A stretch of DNA of 64,000 bases. Source: Candidatus Latescibacterota bacterium (GTDB taxonomy: Bacteria > Latescibacterota > UBA2968). The notes beneath the pieces were generated by a model, which saw only the letters and a program-made list of their open reading frames with translations, made no database searches and was not told the origin of the DNA. A program made the translations under genes and the position numbers. Below, piece by piece: positions 1 through 10,553 of this stretch. The DNA lies in contig OZ242311.1 of the NCBI GenBank assembly GCA_965207885.1, forward strand, positions 4,000,001-4,064,000. Reading direction: 5' to 3'. Positions within the stretch are counted from its first letter, which is position 1. The number at the start of each line of letters is the position of its first letter.

Positions 1-1893
1 CGCATTGGCACGGGATTCAATGGCACAGTCGCAGGTCAGAATTACGGAATCGTGACCGAAACACCTATCCAGGGCATTTCTGCGACATTTCACAGCGATG
101 GGTTTATCTATGCCGAACACCAAACCGCTCGCTCCCTGCTGCGTATTTCACCCATCACTGGGCGAATCGATACCGTTGAAGTACCCGGCCGCTTGCTGGA
201 TTTGTACCGCGGATTGCCATTTGATGCCCATGCATTGATTACCTCTGACGGCGAGTTTATTTATAACGTATCAGCAGGCGTCAATGGTGTGCGGCGCAGC
301 GGATGGAGCGTGCGGATATTTGACCCGGCCAATGCCTGGCGCATCGTGCGACAATTTGCCGTACCGCCAACAGAAACGGGATTTGGATATCCGATTACGG
401 ATGGCGCGATTGCCGACGGGCGGTTTATCTACTTAATCGAATATAGCGAGGGATTGACCCACCGCGTGCGCGTGGTAGATGCACATACCGGGGCATTCGT
501 CGAAGAATTTGAAAGCGACCAGGCGCAGACAGATATTTTGGGAGGGCAATTTGATTGGGTGAACAACGTGGTGTGGTTGGGGCAATTGCGCGGAGGCATG
601 GTATATCGATATCCGGGGCAGCACTTGCCCGAATTTGGCACCTTAACATCTGAACCGATTGGACCAGCGAGTGCGTGGCATACAGTAACAACGGCTTTAT
701 CGGGCACGGGTAAAGCCGAAGTGAATTTACTCGGCGAGATCGATAACAATACGTTTGCACCATTGGCACAATGGCAAAATTTATCACCTGGAACACACAA
801 TTTGCGCGATATAGCCATCCCGCGACTAAAAATTCAGATCAAATTGTACGGAGAGGGACTAAATCCATCCCCCGGTCTGCAAACCTGGACCACAACATAT
901 CAGCCACTTTCAGATATTGGCCTGAGCAACTTGCGGGCAGAACCCTTTGAAGTAACGGAATTGCAACCCGTTTATCTCCATCTCGACGTACAAAATTGGG
1001 GTCCATTAGACCTTGCTCTGGGCGCATCTGTTGCCTTTTATAGCGGCTCTCCCGCGCTGGGGCGTCTGATAGGGCGCGTGGCTGTGCCCGAAAATAGTCC
1101 GCTCGGACAAATCGTTCCCCTGCGTCTGGCGTGGCAAACCGCGCAATGGGCCGGACAACACATGGTAACAGCTCGTTTGGAAAATCTTCAAGGACAGTCG
1201 ATTTTTCCCGGCCGCGAGGTAGTACTTACTGAGCCAGTGCATATTGCCCCGAGTTCTGACCGCGACGTGCCAACAATTGAAATCGCGGCGCTGGATGCTC
1301 TTGGAGAAGTTCGACCAGAAGATTATCTGCCCTCCCAACCGACATTTCGAATTTCCATGCGCGATACAGCGGGTATTGATTTGTCCAGCATTCGCCTATC
1401 GCTTTTGGGAACAGACGAAGCACAAGAGAGCGATTATGAGTCGGGAAAAATAAAAGACCGCGCTGTTACCCCCATGACACTGTCATTTGTCTATACCCCA
1501 GACGCGCTTGTCGATGGGCGTTATACACTCAATGTCGAAGCCTCTGACAGGCTGGGAAATGGTCCTGCAAAAATTGCAATATCATTCCAGGTCTCTTCAA
1601 TATTGGCGATAGAGAACGCACTGGTCGCGCCCAATCCCGTATCTGATACGGGACATTTTACATTCATCTTATCGCGTCCTTCAGAAATCACCGTGCAAAT
1701 TTACACCCTTGCCGGACGGCTCGTTCAGAGAATTGAAGAGCCATTTGCACGCGCGGGATACAACCAGATTTTTTGGGATGGGCGAGACGCCGACGGCCAT
1801 GTGCTGAGCAACAATACGTACTTATACATTTTGACCGCAGACAATGGCGAATCGCAGGCGCGGGTTAAAGACAAATTGATTGTATATCGATAA
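1..1893 (+). CDS. Large secreted protein, 5'-partial: propeller-like region, Ig-like domains, C-terminal FlgD-Ig/T9SS type A-like sorting domain
   Basis: Frame is open from base 1. The C-terminus PNPVSD...IYTLAGRLV...WDGRD...TYLYIL...KLIVYR matches the FlgD_ig/T9SS-CTD pattern. Confidence 0.75.
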   Translation, partial: RIGTGFNGTVAGQNYGIVTETPIQGISATFHSDGFIYAEHQTARSLLRISPITGRIDTVEVPGRLLDLYRGLPFDAHALITSDGEFIYNVSAGVNGVRRSGWSVRIFDPANAWRIVRQFAVPPTETGFGYPITDGAIADGRFIYLIEYSEGLTHRVRVVDAHTGAFVEEFESDQAQTDILGGQFDWVNNVVWLGQLRGGMVYRYPGQHLPEFGTLTSEPIGPASAWHTVTTALSGTGKAEVNLLGEIDNNTFAPLAQWQNLSPGTHNLRDIAIPRLKIQIKLYGEGLNPSPGLQTWTTTYQPLSDIGLSNLRAEPFEVTELQPVYLHLDVQNWGPLDLALGASVAFYSGSPALGRLIGRVAVPENSPLGQIVPLRLAWQTAQWAGQHMVTARLENLQGQSIFPGREVVLTEPVHIAPSSDRDVPTIEIAALDALGEVRPEDYLPSQPTFRISMRDTAGIDLSSIRLSLLGTDEAQESDYESGKIKDRAVTPMTLSFVYTPDALVDGRYTLNVEASDRLGNGPAKIAISFQVSSILAIENALVAPNPVSDTGHFTFILSRPSEITVQIYTLAGRLVQRIEEPFARAGYNQIFWDGRDADGHVLSNNTYLYILTADNGESQARVKDKLIVYR

Positions 1894-1906
1894 AGTGAAA
1901 AGAGTC

Positions 1907-3391
1907 ATGAAAGTACTCGTCATAGGTCTGGATTGCGCGTCGCCCGAACTGATCTTTCAGCGATTTCGAGATGACCTGCCCACCATCAACAACCTGATCC
2001 AGACCGGAATTTACGGCAACCTCAAAAGCACCATCCCGCCCATAACCATTCCCGCCTGGATGAGCATGGTAACGGGCAAAGACCCCGGCACGCTGGGATT
2101 TTACGGACTGCGCAACCGCGCCGATTACTCCTACAACCGTCTGTCTATCGCCAACTCAACGCTCGTGCACGACGATACGGTTTGGGACATCATTTCTGCT
2201 GCGGGCAAAAAAGTAATTCTCGTAGGCGTGCCCCAAACCTATCCCCCCCAGCCAGTCAACGGCTGCCTGATCGCCTCTTTTCTCACGCCGAGCAACGACA
2301 GTCCCTATACCTATCCCGACAGCCTAAAAGCCGAAATCGAGCGCGTCTCCGATGGCTATATCATCGATGTGCGCGATTTTCGCACAGATGACAAAGCGCG
2401 CTTGCTCCGCGAAATCTACACCATGACCGAAAAGCGATTTCGCGTGACCAGGCATCTCCTGCAAACCCACGAATGGGATTTTTGCATGCATGTGGAAATG
2501 GGCACAGATCGCATCCACCACGGATTCTGGCGCTTTCTGGATCAAACCCACCGAAAACACGATCCCAATTCTGAATATGTGAACGCCATCCGCGACTATT
2601 ACCGGTATCTCGATGGTGAAATCGCATCCCTGATTGATTTGGCGGGTAAAGACACTGCCATTCTCCTCGTCTCAGACCACGGCGCCAAGCGCATAGATGG
2701 CGGTATCTGCATCAACGAATGGTTGATCCGCGAAGGGTATTTGACACTAAAAAAATATCCCCAGGAGCCTATGGCTTATGAGGATCTCGAAATCGACTGG
2801 GCAAAAACCACAGCCTGGGGTGAGGGTGGCTATTACGCGCGCATCTTTCTCAACATTGCTGGACGCGAACCAAAAGGCATTGTGCCCCCCGAACAATACA
2901 ATGTCTTACGCGACGAACTTTCAAAAAAAATCGTGAACATCCCCGACGACAAGGGCAATCCCCTGCCGACGAGGGTCTTCAAACCAGAAGATATTTACAG
3001 CACCATTAACAATATCCCACCCGATCTGATCGCCTATTTCGGGGACCTGCACTGGCGTTCTGTCGGCACAATAGGCCATTGCGCCATCCACACCCTTGAA
3101 AACGACACCGGACCAGACGATGCCAACCACGCTCAACACGGTATCTTTATTCTCAAAGACGGCACGCACACAGGCGAGAGATACAATCTGGAAATACGCG
3201 ACATCGCACCAACTATCCTGGGCCTCATGGATATCCCCACTCCCACCGACATGCAAGGCCAGACAATAGTCAACACGCCCTCAACGCCCGCATCACCAGA
3301 TGCACAACCTTCACACACAGACGACGAAGTCTATACAGAAGACGAAAAAAAAGCACTCGAAGATCGACTCAGAGCGCTGGGATATTTGTGA
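1907..3391 (+). CDS. Alkaline phosphatase superfamily, type I phosphodiesterase/nucleotide pyrophosphatase
   Basis: Motifs VIGLDC, STIPPITIPAW (Thr nucleophile), SDHG and C-terminal RLRALGY. ATG at 1907. Confidence 0.85.
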   Translation: MKVLVIGLDCASPELIFQRFRDDLPTINNLIQTGIYGNLKSTIPPITIPAWMSMVTGKDPGTLGFYGLRNRADYSYNRLSIANSTLVHDDTVWDIISAAGKKVILVGVPQTYPPQPVNGCLIASFLTPSNDSPYTYPDSLKAEIERVSDGYIIDVRDFRTDDKARLLREIYTMTEKRFRVTRHLLQTHEWDFCMHVEMGTDRIHHGFWRFLDQTHRKHDPNSEYVNAIRDYYRYLDGEIASLIDLAGKDTAILLVSDHGAKRIDGGICINEWLIREGYLTLKKYPQEPMAYEDLEIDWAKTTAWGEGGYYARIFLNIAGREPKGIVPPEQYNVLRDELSKKIVNIPDDKGNPLPTRVFKPEDIYSTINNIPPDLIAYFGDLHWRSVGTIGHCAIHTLENDTGPDDANHAQHGIFILKDGTHTGERYNLEIRDIAPTILGLMDIPTPTDMQGQTIVNTPSTPASPDAQPSHTDDEVYTEDEKKALEDRLRALGYL

Positions 3392-3398
3392 TTGACCG

Positions 3399-4283
3399 CT
3401 AAAAAACCCGAAAATGCGCGGGCAAAGTCGGCATTCCACTATCCTGTGTCGTAACAAAACCGCCAACGGCATTGGCTTGTTCGGCGCATATCTGCATCGG
3501 TGCGCCAGCGAGTAAATGCATGACAAATGCCGCCGTAAAAGCATCGCCAGCACCCACCGTATTCACGACCTGCTGTCTTTTCCCCACCGCCTGACAAATC
3601 CCACCTTCACTCACAACCCAGCACCCCTGTTCTCCCAGCGTCAAAATCACACATTGCAGGTCAAACCGCGCGCGAATACCTGTCAAAAAAGCATCCACAT
3701 CTTCTTCCCCACCCACATAATCGCGCAGCAGGACGACTTCCTCGTCATTTAACTTCAGCACATCAGCACGTGTCAGAGATTCCCGCACAATCTCATCAGT
3801 GTGATAGTGCTGTCGAAAATTAATATCGAACACGCGCAAGCAATCCGGCGACGCCGCATCCAAAAAATTTATAATTGCCCGACGGCTCTGCGCCTCGCGT
3901 TGATCTATCGTCCCAAAACACAAGGCGTGAGCAGATTGCGCTATCGGTGCCAATTCTGAGCACCATGTAATCGCATCCCACGCCACGCCTTCGACAATTT
4001 CATAAGTAGGCTGCCCATCTACAAGGGTCACGTTCACGCTACCCGTTGGTCGATAGGCATGCACTTGCATGGCATCTGTAGCCACGCCTCTTCCGCTCAA
4101 AATCTCAAGTGCTGTCTTGCCCCGCGCATCGTCTCCCACGCAACTCACCATGGCAGAACGCGCGCCCAAAGCAGCCGCGTGCACGGCAAAATTTGCCGGC
4201 GCGCCCCCCAATCGCTCGCCATCGGGAAACACATCCCACAACACGGCACCGATAGCGACCACAGAAGGCGGACCACGGCGCAT
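3399..4283 (-). CDS. PfkB family carbohydrate kinase (fructokinase-like)
   Basis: GGAPANFA, DINFR, KLNDEE and NTVGAGDAF PfkB signatures. Confidence 0.9.
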   Translation of the reverse strand: MRRGPPSVVAIGAVLWDVFPDGERLGGAPANFAVHAAALGARSAMVSCVGDDARGKTALEILSGRGVATDAMQVHAYRPTGSVNVTLVDGQPTYEIVEGVAWDAITWCSELAPIAQSAHALCFGTIDQREAQSRRAIINFLDAASPDCLRVFDINFRQHYHTDEIVRESLTRADVLKLNDEEVVLLRDYVGGEEDVDAFLTGIRARFDLQCVILTLGEQGCWVVSEGGICQAVGKRQQVVNTVGAGDAFTAAFVMHLLAGAPMQICAEQANAVGGFVTTQDSGMPTLPAHFRVF

Positions 4284-5266
4284 TACCGCGACACCTTCAC
4301 TGCCTTTTTTGCAGAAGCCGAGCGATAAGCGGCCTCGGACAAGCGAGCGACCTGCAAAGCGAAATCCGGAGGCGAATACCCCACGCCATCGTTGCGGATC
4401 AGATCAAAAAATGCCTGATCGGGCGTCATCTCCTGAATATGCGGTGGAATATCGAGTGGTTTGTCATTCAGCAAAACCGATTGCACCTGCCACCGGTGCA
4501 AATGGAATACCAGACAGCCCTTGCTTCCGTGAATGGCGATTCGCTCATCGTGATGCGCCGCATTGCCAAAGGTATTCAGCGTTCCCGCCCCGCCACCTTT
4601 GAAACGCACATTGACCACCATATTGGTATCCACAGCTTTTCCCGCATTCTCCGCAAAAGCCGAGACCTCCACAGGCTCCAATCCCGTAATCCACAACACA
4701 GAGGCGACGAGATGGCTACCCGTATCCATAAACATGCCACCCCCCGACAGTTCGGGGTCCAAACGCCAGCCGCGGATACGTCCCCAATTTTGCGTCACAT
4801 AGGCCACCACGCCGCGCAACTCTCCGAGTTCACCCTGCCGAATCAATTCACGCGCATAAACGTGGGGAGCCATATAATTGCGTTGATAGGCCACCACCAG
4901 ATACAATTTCAATTTATCCGACAAATTGATCAGCGACTTGGTCTGCCGAGACGCAACAGTAAGGGGCTTCTCAACCAGAACGTGCAAGCCCTTTTGCAAA
5001 GACAGGCGGGCGTGCTCATAATGCAGCGCGTGGGGTGAACTGATCAGCATGGCATCGAGAGCCTCATTCCGCACGAGTTGGCGATAATCTTCATAAAACG
5101 ACGCCTCACTGCCCCACGTCTCCATTAATGCTTCCGCCTGGCTCTCATCGGGATCGGCCACGCCGATAATCTCCACGCCGCCATCTGCTTTCAAACGGGG
5201 CAAATGCGCTCGTTGCATGTTGCCGCCACATCCGATCAAACCGAGGCGAATTTTCTCTTTTGACAT
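4283..5266 (-). CDS. Gfo/Idh/MocA family oxidoreductase
   Basis: GLIGCG Rossmann motif, VEKP and GGGMFMDTGSH. Confidence 0.9.
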   Translation of the reverse strand: MSKEKIRLGLIGCGGNMQRAHLPRLKADGGVEIIGVADPDESQAEALMETWGSEASFYEDYRQLVRNEALDAMLISSPHALHYEHARLSLQKGLHVLVEKPLTVASRQTKSLINLSDKLKLYLVVAYQRNYMAPHVYARELIRQGELGELRGVVAYVTQNWGRIRGWRLDPELSGGGMFMDTGSHLVASVLWITGLEPVEVSAFAENAGKAVDTNMVVNVRFKGGGAGTLNTFGNAAHHDERIAIHGSKGCLVFHLHRWQVQSVLLNDKPLDIPPHIQEMTPDQAFFDLIRNDGVGYSPPDFALQVARLSEAAYRSASAKKAVKVSR

Positions 5267-5304
5267 CGCGCAGAACCTCCCGGTTTATAGTGAGTAATAT
5301 TTTT

Positions 5305-6111
5305 TTAAGCCGCCGATTCAGCCACCATCGTTACTTCTTTCCTGCCTTCTAATCCGGAGATTACCGGAAATGTGCGCGATGAATCCCTTCCCCGCGCCAT
5401 ATAACGCACAGTAGGTGGAAAATAGGCGTAGAGTGCCGTATGCCTCGGGCGAGGTGAATTATTGGGACCAGAACCGTGTACACACAAACTGTGAAATAAG
5501 AGGGCTGTTCCCGCCCGGAGTGGCACCTCAATAGCCTGTGAGATATCCAAATTTTTTCGATCTGTCAACTTTGCATCTTGAGGCCGCGCAATATCGCCCC
5601 ATTTCTGCATGCCCCACTTGTGACTCTCGGGAATCACTCGAATGCACCCATTCTCCGAATAGGCATCTGTCAATGCAATACTCACCGTGACAAGCGCGGG
5701 CGGCTCCATCGGCCAATACGCCGAATCTTGATGAAAACCATGCGAGGACCCGTGAAACGCGGGCTTGAGCATAAGCGTACTGCGAAACAACAACAAATCG
5801 AGACCAATCAGATTCTGAACCACGGGCACGAGTTTGGAATGTGCAGCCAAATTCTTGAACACATTGGAAAAATCGCGCGTCTGTTCGATCTTTCGCAACA
5901 CGGGCAAGCCATCTTGCTCTTTGTCCCTTGCATAAGGCTCGCGCTGAAAACTGCCCGAACGCTTATCGCCATTGGCTGCCAAATCTGCTGCCAGCACGTG
6001 TAATTTGTGAATTTCTTCTTCACACTCAGCCAGTTCCTCTGGCGACACCACATCTTCAACCACGAGATAGCCCTGGTCGAAAAAAAATGCTTTCTGTTCT
6101 TCAGGTGTCAT
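5305..6111 (-). CDS. Phytanoyl-CoA dioxygenase (PhyH) family Fe(II)/2OG dioxygenase
   Basis: HQD...H triad (HQDSAYW, VHGSGPN) and ENGCIRVIPESH. ATG at 6111 follows GAGGAGG. Confidence 0.9.
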   Translation of the reverse strand: MTPEEQKAFFFDQGYLVVEDVVSPEELAECEEEIHKLHVLAADLAANGDKRSGSFQREPYARDKEQDGLPVLRKIEQTRDFSNVFKNLAAHSKLVPVVQNLIGLDLLLFRSTLMLKPAFHGSSHGFHQDSAYWPMEPPALVTVSIALTDAYSENGCIRVIPESHKWGMQKWGDIARPQDAKLTDRKNLDISQAIEVPLRAGTALLFHSLCVHGSGPNNSPRPRHTALYAYFPPTVRYMARGRDSSRTFPVISGLEGRKEVTMVAESAA

Positions 6112-6143
6112 TTTTATCCTCCTCAAAATTGCTAGATAGATAA

Positions 6144-6171
6144 ATCATAATACTATAAATACTTGTGTCAA
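6144..6171 (-). promoter_or_regulatory. Putative sigma70 promoter for the phyH-gfo-pfkB unit
   Basis: TTGACA-N16-TATGAT on the minus strand. Confidence 0.55.
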
Positions 6172-6173
6172 GC

Positions 6174-6207
6174 AAAGAAAAAGGGCGTCAGTCTGTAACC
6201 GACGCCC
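6174..6207 (-). terminator. Rho-independent terminator of the TonB/DUF4249 operon
   Basis: GGGCGTC...GACGCCC stem followed by a T-rich tract on the minus strand. Confidence 0.6.
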
Positions 6208-6248
6208 CTGGGGTTATATTTTCTATAAAAACCCGTAAAAACCCGCCT

Positions 6249-7190
6249 TTATTGCGAAGGGCGGGGCAGCACCTCAAAACCCACCGAATCCACGGACGCC
6301 GAGCCAAAAATCCCTATGCCCCCATCAACGTTAAACAGCGGACGCTCGAAATTGTCACCCGCCAGGCCGCCAGGCTGAAACGCATTCCCATCATCATCTT
6401 GAAAAAACTCGGGCACAGAGCGAATCAAATCAAACCAGTTCTTGTCAACCGCATAAATGCGAATGACATGAGGCCCGGCATATGCCACCGCAAACCAGGG
6501 GAAGCGCACGATGCCATCCGTGGCCTCAAATGCCGGCGAACTGCCATATCGTTCAAAATCCGCCCTCTCATCTTCATCGACCAAATCGGAATAAACCACA
6601 AAATCCGATTCTGGATCCAGGCTCTCAATTGCAATATGGTAGCCACTGGCAGGAAGCGGATCAAATCGCATTTCCAGAAGGCCTTCTTGATAGACAACGC
6701 GATTCTCCTGCACATTGCCATCTTCATATCTATTCAAAGGACGGATGACCTCGAGTGTCTCATCATCTATTAATGCCGCCTCCCGAATATCGAATCTACC
6801 CGGTGTTATCGTCTGTGCCGTGGCTTCCCTGCCCTGTGATCGCACGCGCAGATTATAAGTTGTATTTGGCAAAACGAGCGGGGCATTGAGCGGGGGACGA
6901 TAAGACCCAGAGGAAAAACTCGAACTCGGGCGGTACACAAACGTCTGTTCCCCCTGAGTGATCACGACCTCGGCATCGCCTACACCTGCCCAGCGTTCAG
7001 AATAACCCACATTTGCTTTTACTGTCTCACTAACCAGCACCTGAGGCAGGGGTTTATCGACAATCAACAGCGCATCCACAACCAGAACACCCGAAGCATC
7101 GGGACCAAAAAGACTCGATGGATCGCGCTCGGCCTCACATCCCACCAGCACGGCCAGGCAGCCCACCATCAAAACGAAATATTTCATCAT
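6249..7190 (-). CDS. DUF4249-like lipoprotein, partner of the TonB-dependent receptor
   Basis: Start MMKYF after GAGGAG. Lipobox LVGC, LVVDALL and C-terminal NVDGGIGIFGS. Confidence 0.75.
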   Translation of the reverse strand: MMKYFVLMVGCLAVLVGCEAERDPSSLFGPDASGVLVVDALLIVDKPLPQVLVSETVKANVGYSERWAGVGDAEVVITQGEQTFVYRPSSSFSSGSYRPPLNAPLVLPNTTYNLRVRSQGREATAQTITPGRFDIREAALIDDETLEVIRPLNRYEDGNVQENRVVYQEGLLEMRFDPLPASGYHIAIESLDPESDFVVYSDLVDEDERADFERYGSSPAFEATDGIVRFPWFAVAYAGPHVIRIYAVDKNWFDLIRSVPEFFQDDDGNAFQPGGLAGDNFERPLFNVDGGIGIFGSASVDSVGFEVLPRPSQ

Positions 7191-7197
7191 ACTCCTC

Positions 7198-9420
7198 TTA
7201 AAAATTAAAATTGACCCCCAGAGTCGGCACGATCGGCAACATCTTGACCACATCTGGATTGGACTCATCAAAAATGACAAACCACTCATTGCGCCGATTA
7301 AATACGTTAAACACCTGAACGTAAAACTCCCCATTCACCTCAAACGCTCGAAACCGCATCTTCACATTTAAATCCAATCTCTGATAGGGCAACAAGCGAG
7401 CACTATTGCGGTCTGAGGGAAGCACCAGATTTTCTATTTGACGATGGGGCACTGCGGGCGAGCGCAATGAATAACGCGCAGATGCAGGTGTAAATGCCTG
7501 CCCAGTGCCATAGATATAATTCGCCCCAAGCGACCACCTGCCCAGGCGATAATTGGTCACAAAAGACACATCGTGGCGTCGGTCGTATTTGGGGGGAAAC
7601 GCCTTACCCTGATTGAGTTCGGAAAAGGTACGCCTCGTCCATCCCAGCGTGTACCCAATCCATCCCGTCAATCGCCCGGTGCGGCGCTGTAAAAAGACTT
7701 CGACACCAGTTGCATACCCGGTCCCTCCACTCACAAATGTATCCTCTACGTTCGTCGCATCGATATCTGCGGCGATGCGATTGTCCAGTACAATCAAATT
7801 CGCCATATCCGTATAATAGGCTTCCACAGTAGCCTGATAACGCTCGGAAGGTTCCCACTCCACACCCACCACACTCTGCCAGGACCGTCCGGGTTCCACC
7901 GACTCATCCAGAGGCACCCAGTAATCACCGCCGCTAAACAACTCGGTGGTCACCAATTGCAAATACTGATGAAATGAACCGCCAGCCGCCTTCCAGCGCC
8001 AGTTGCCCCTGCGGTAGCTCATTGAAAAACGCGGCTCGACATGAAAGCGATCACCAGCGCTAAAATAACTGCTCCGCATGCCCAGGCGAATATCTGTTGC
8101 AGAGCCTGGCTGCCAATGATCTTGCACATACGCCGATAACAAATTGGGGGTCAGACGCAGATCGAATTGGCTTGAGCGATTAAATTCCTGATAAAATTCA
8201 AAATCGTAGTGCGTCGCCAAAAAGCCCCCGCTGATAGCGTGATCGCGTGCGGCAAACCAATCCACATCGCCTTTGATGGTAAAATCGCTAATACCGTTGG
8301 AAAGCAAGATGGGCGTATCGAGAATATTCAGCTCTATCTTACTGGCATAATCACTGCCCGCCACCACAAAATTGCCAAATAGCGCGGGCGAAAACACATG
8401 CGTCCACTTGCCCAAAAAAGCCGTATTCCCCCACCGAATGCCGAAATACGAATCCTCATCAACATCAAAAGTCAAATTGTCTCGACCAAAATATCCACTG
8501 ATCTGCACCTTGTCATTATCCGAAAAATCCTGATTGAGCTTGGCATTTAAGTCGTAAAAATAATACGTGGGAACATCTGTTTCTTCATCCCGGATGAAAG
8601 ACAATAACGGATCGATATAAGTGCGCCGTCCCGACATCATCCACGAGCCTTTTGGCGTTGGGCCTTCAAGTGTCAAACGCGCGGCAATAAGGCTTATCCC
8701 TCCGCTGGCGTCAAATCCCTTGCGATTGCCGTCCTTATTATGTACGTCGAGCACCGCCCCCAAACGGCCGCCGTATTTCGCGGGATAAGCCCCTTTGTGT
8801 AAACTCATATCCCGAATGGCATCGGGGTTAAACGTAGAAAAAAAGCCAAATGCGTGCGATGGATTGTAAAGCGGCATTTGATCCAATAAAATCAAAGTCT
8901 GATCTGGTCCACCACCGCGGATATAAAGCCCCGAACTGATATCTGACGCGGCCTGAATACCCGGCAACAGGTGTAGCGAGCGCAAAATATCCGCCTCGCC
9001 AATAGCTGGCATCTCGCGGATTTTTGACGTTTCTATCTCCACAAAACCCGGCTGAATGCGCTGCTCTTCCTCTTCCTGCTTGGCCTGCACCACGATCTCC
9101 TCCACGACTATTGGCTCGGGTTTGAGTTGCACATCGAGCCGCCTTGTTTCCCCCGCTCGAAAAGTCAGCGTATCCTGAAAACTGATATACCCGATATAAG
9201 AAATGGTCAACACATAAGGGATATCCTCAGGAACCCCTTGAATGGCGTAATATCCATTCACATTGCTCAACACACTAATGGGCCTGTCTTGCCCTTTTAG
9301 CAACACCGTCGCATAGGGCAGCGACTCGCCATTACTCTGATCCACAATAAACCCACTCAGCGTTGCCGCACGAACAGACAACGGCAACAACAGCAACAAC
9401 GGCACCCACAAAAACTTCAT
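7198..9420 (-). CDS. TonB-dependent receptor with N-terminal carboxypeptidase-regulatory-like domain
   Basis: Signal peptide, SGFIVDQSNGESLPYA, plug region IRGGGPDQTLILLD and C-terminal FNF. Confidence 0.9.
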   Translation of the reverse strand: MKFLWVPLLLLLPLSVRAATLSGFIVDQSNGESLPYATVLLKGQDRPISVLSNVNGYYAIQGVPEDIPYVLTISYIGYISFQDTLTFRAGETRRLDVQLKPEPIVVEEIVVQAKQEEEEQRIQPGFVEIETSKIREMPAIGEADILRSLHLLPGIQAASDISSGLYIRGGGPDQTLILLDQMPLYNPSHAFGFFSTFNPDAIRDMSLHKGAYPAKYGGRLGAVLDVHNKDGNRKGFDASGGISLIAARLTLEGPTPKGSWMMSGRRTYIDPLLSFIRDEETDVPTYYFYDLNAKLNQDFSDNDKVQISGYFGRDNLTFDVDEDSYFGIRWGNTAFLGKWTHVFSPALFGNFVVAGSDYASKIELNILDTPILLSNGISDFTIKGDVDWFAARDHAISGGFLATHYDFEFYQEFNRSSQFDLRLTPNLLSAYVQDHWQPGSATDIRLGMRSSYFSAGDRFHVEPRFSMSYRRGNWRWKAAGGSFHQYLQLVTTELFSGGDYWVPLDESVEPGRSWQSVVGVEWEPSERYQATVEAYYTDMANLIVLDNRIAADIDATNVEDTFVSGGTGYATGVEVFLQRRTGRLTGWIGYTLGWTRRTFSELNQGKAFPPKYDRRHDVSFVTNYRLGRWSLGANYIYGTGQAFTPASARYSLRSPAVPHRQIENLVLPSDRNSARLLPYQRLDLNVKMRFRAFEVNGEFYVQVFNVFNRRNEWFVIFDESNPDVVKMLPIVPTLGVNFNF

Positions 9421-9482
9421 TATTGCTCCTTTTAATGACTTGTGAAATACATAGTGTATAACACTTATCGACGATCAGCGTG

Positions 9483-9944
9483 TCACCAAATACTCCTTTT
9501 TGTGGCAACAACTTCCAACTCTTGCTGCGCAATTAAACGGATGCGCTCTTGAATACGCGCGAGAATTAACCGCAACCGATCTCTATCGGCATCTGATAAT
9601 CCGTTATTGCGCCAGGGATCATCACCACTTCTTTTTTGCTTGGTCATCTGCACATTGATCTCTTGAGTAAAAAAATCCATCACAACCGAAATGCGCGTGC
9701 GCCGCGAAACATCGAAAAAAGTCTGACTCGCATAACTCGACTCATGTCGCCAGCCCGTCGTGACCACACCGGCCACGGGATCAACCGTTTCTACCGTATA
9801 GCCTTCTTCGTGTAAAATAGTCACGGCGGCATTGGCAAATGCCACGGAAGAAATTTTTTCCACCGACCCTGAGATCGATACGGGATCGACTACATTGCAC
9901 CCCAGCGAAAACCCCAACAAAAGAAGAATCGTAACGTATTTCAT
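9483..9944 (-). CDS. Hypothetical lipoprotein
   Basis: Lipobox LGFSLGC after a hydrophobic stretch. GGAGG RBS upstream. Confidence 0.7.
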   Translation of the reverse strand: MKYVTILLLLGFSLGCNVVDPVSISGSVEKISSVAFANAAVTILHEEGYTVETVDPVAGVVTTGWRHESSYASQTFFDVSRRTRISVVMDFFTQEINVQMTKQKRSGDDPWRNNGLSDADRDRLRLILARIQERIRLIAQQELEVVATKRSIW

Positions 9945-10021
9945 ACTGTCCCTCCGGCTAAAAGTTCCAGACTATCCGGGAAAATACCTGCCCGTATTGG
10001 AGGCAGACGCCACACTGCCTC

Positions 10022-10553
10022 TTAGGTAGTGTCTGAAAAGTAAGCTTTGAAGAGTTGTCTGATACAGGCCAGCTTGACCATAGTGAGAAAATGAGTCGCC
10101 TTTTTTTCAAATCGGGTCACAATCCGTCGGCAGTGTTTAAGCCAACCAAAGAGACGCTCCACGATATTGCGTTTGGCATATAATCTTTTATCACACTTAG
10201 GCCGTGGTCCTCTCTTACGCCGTTTTCTGCCTTTGGGAATCGCCTTGTTTGGGATAGCAGCCTTGATACCCCGTTTGCGTAGATAGACTCTGATGCGTGA
10301 GACATCATAAGATTTATCAGCTACCAGATACTTGGGTCGGTTTCTTGGACGCCCTCGTTTGGTGGGTATGCATACCTTTGACAGTAGCCTTTCAGCCTGT
10401 GTGGATTCTGACTGGTTACCAGGGAGAAGATCCACTGCTAAAGGATGCCCGACTGCATCGCAAAGAAGATGGATTTTCGTGGTCAAACCGCCACGAGAGC
10501 GTCCTAAAGCGTGATCTGGGGGCTCTTCTTCACCCTTTTTGCCCTTTTTTTTT
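10022..10553 (-). CDS. IS5 transposase OrfB, reached by -1 frameshift at an A9 run
   Basis: GRSRGGLTTKIH, ADKSYD and RNIVERLFGWLK. T9 at 10545-10553 on the plus strand lies in the ORF overlap. Confidence 0.88.

Noticed and set aside
7191-7334. Extended N-termini in the ORF track (also 18942-19025, 21856-21897, 50151-50255, 50764-50871)
   Set aside because: They overlap neighbouring genes or precede better RBS-associated starts, so the downstream starts were used.
9945-10021. Riboswitch (such as cobalamin or TPP) in the leader of the TonB operon
   Set aside because: Hairpins exist (GAGGCAG/CTGCCTC) but no conserved riboswitch core motif was recognised. An Rfam scan of the IS-free allele would settle it.
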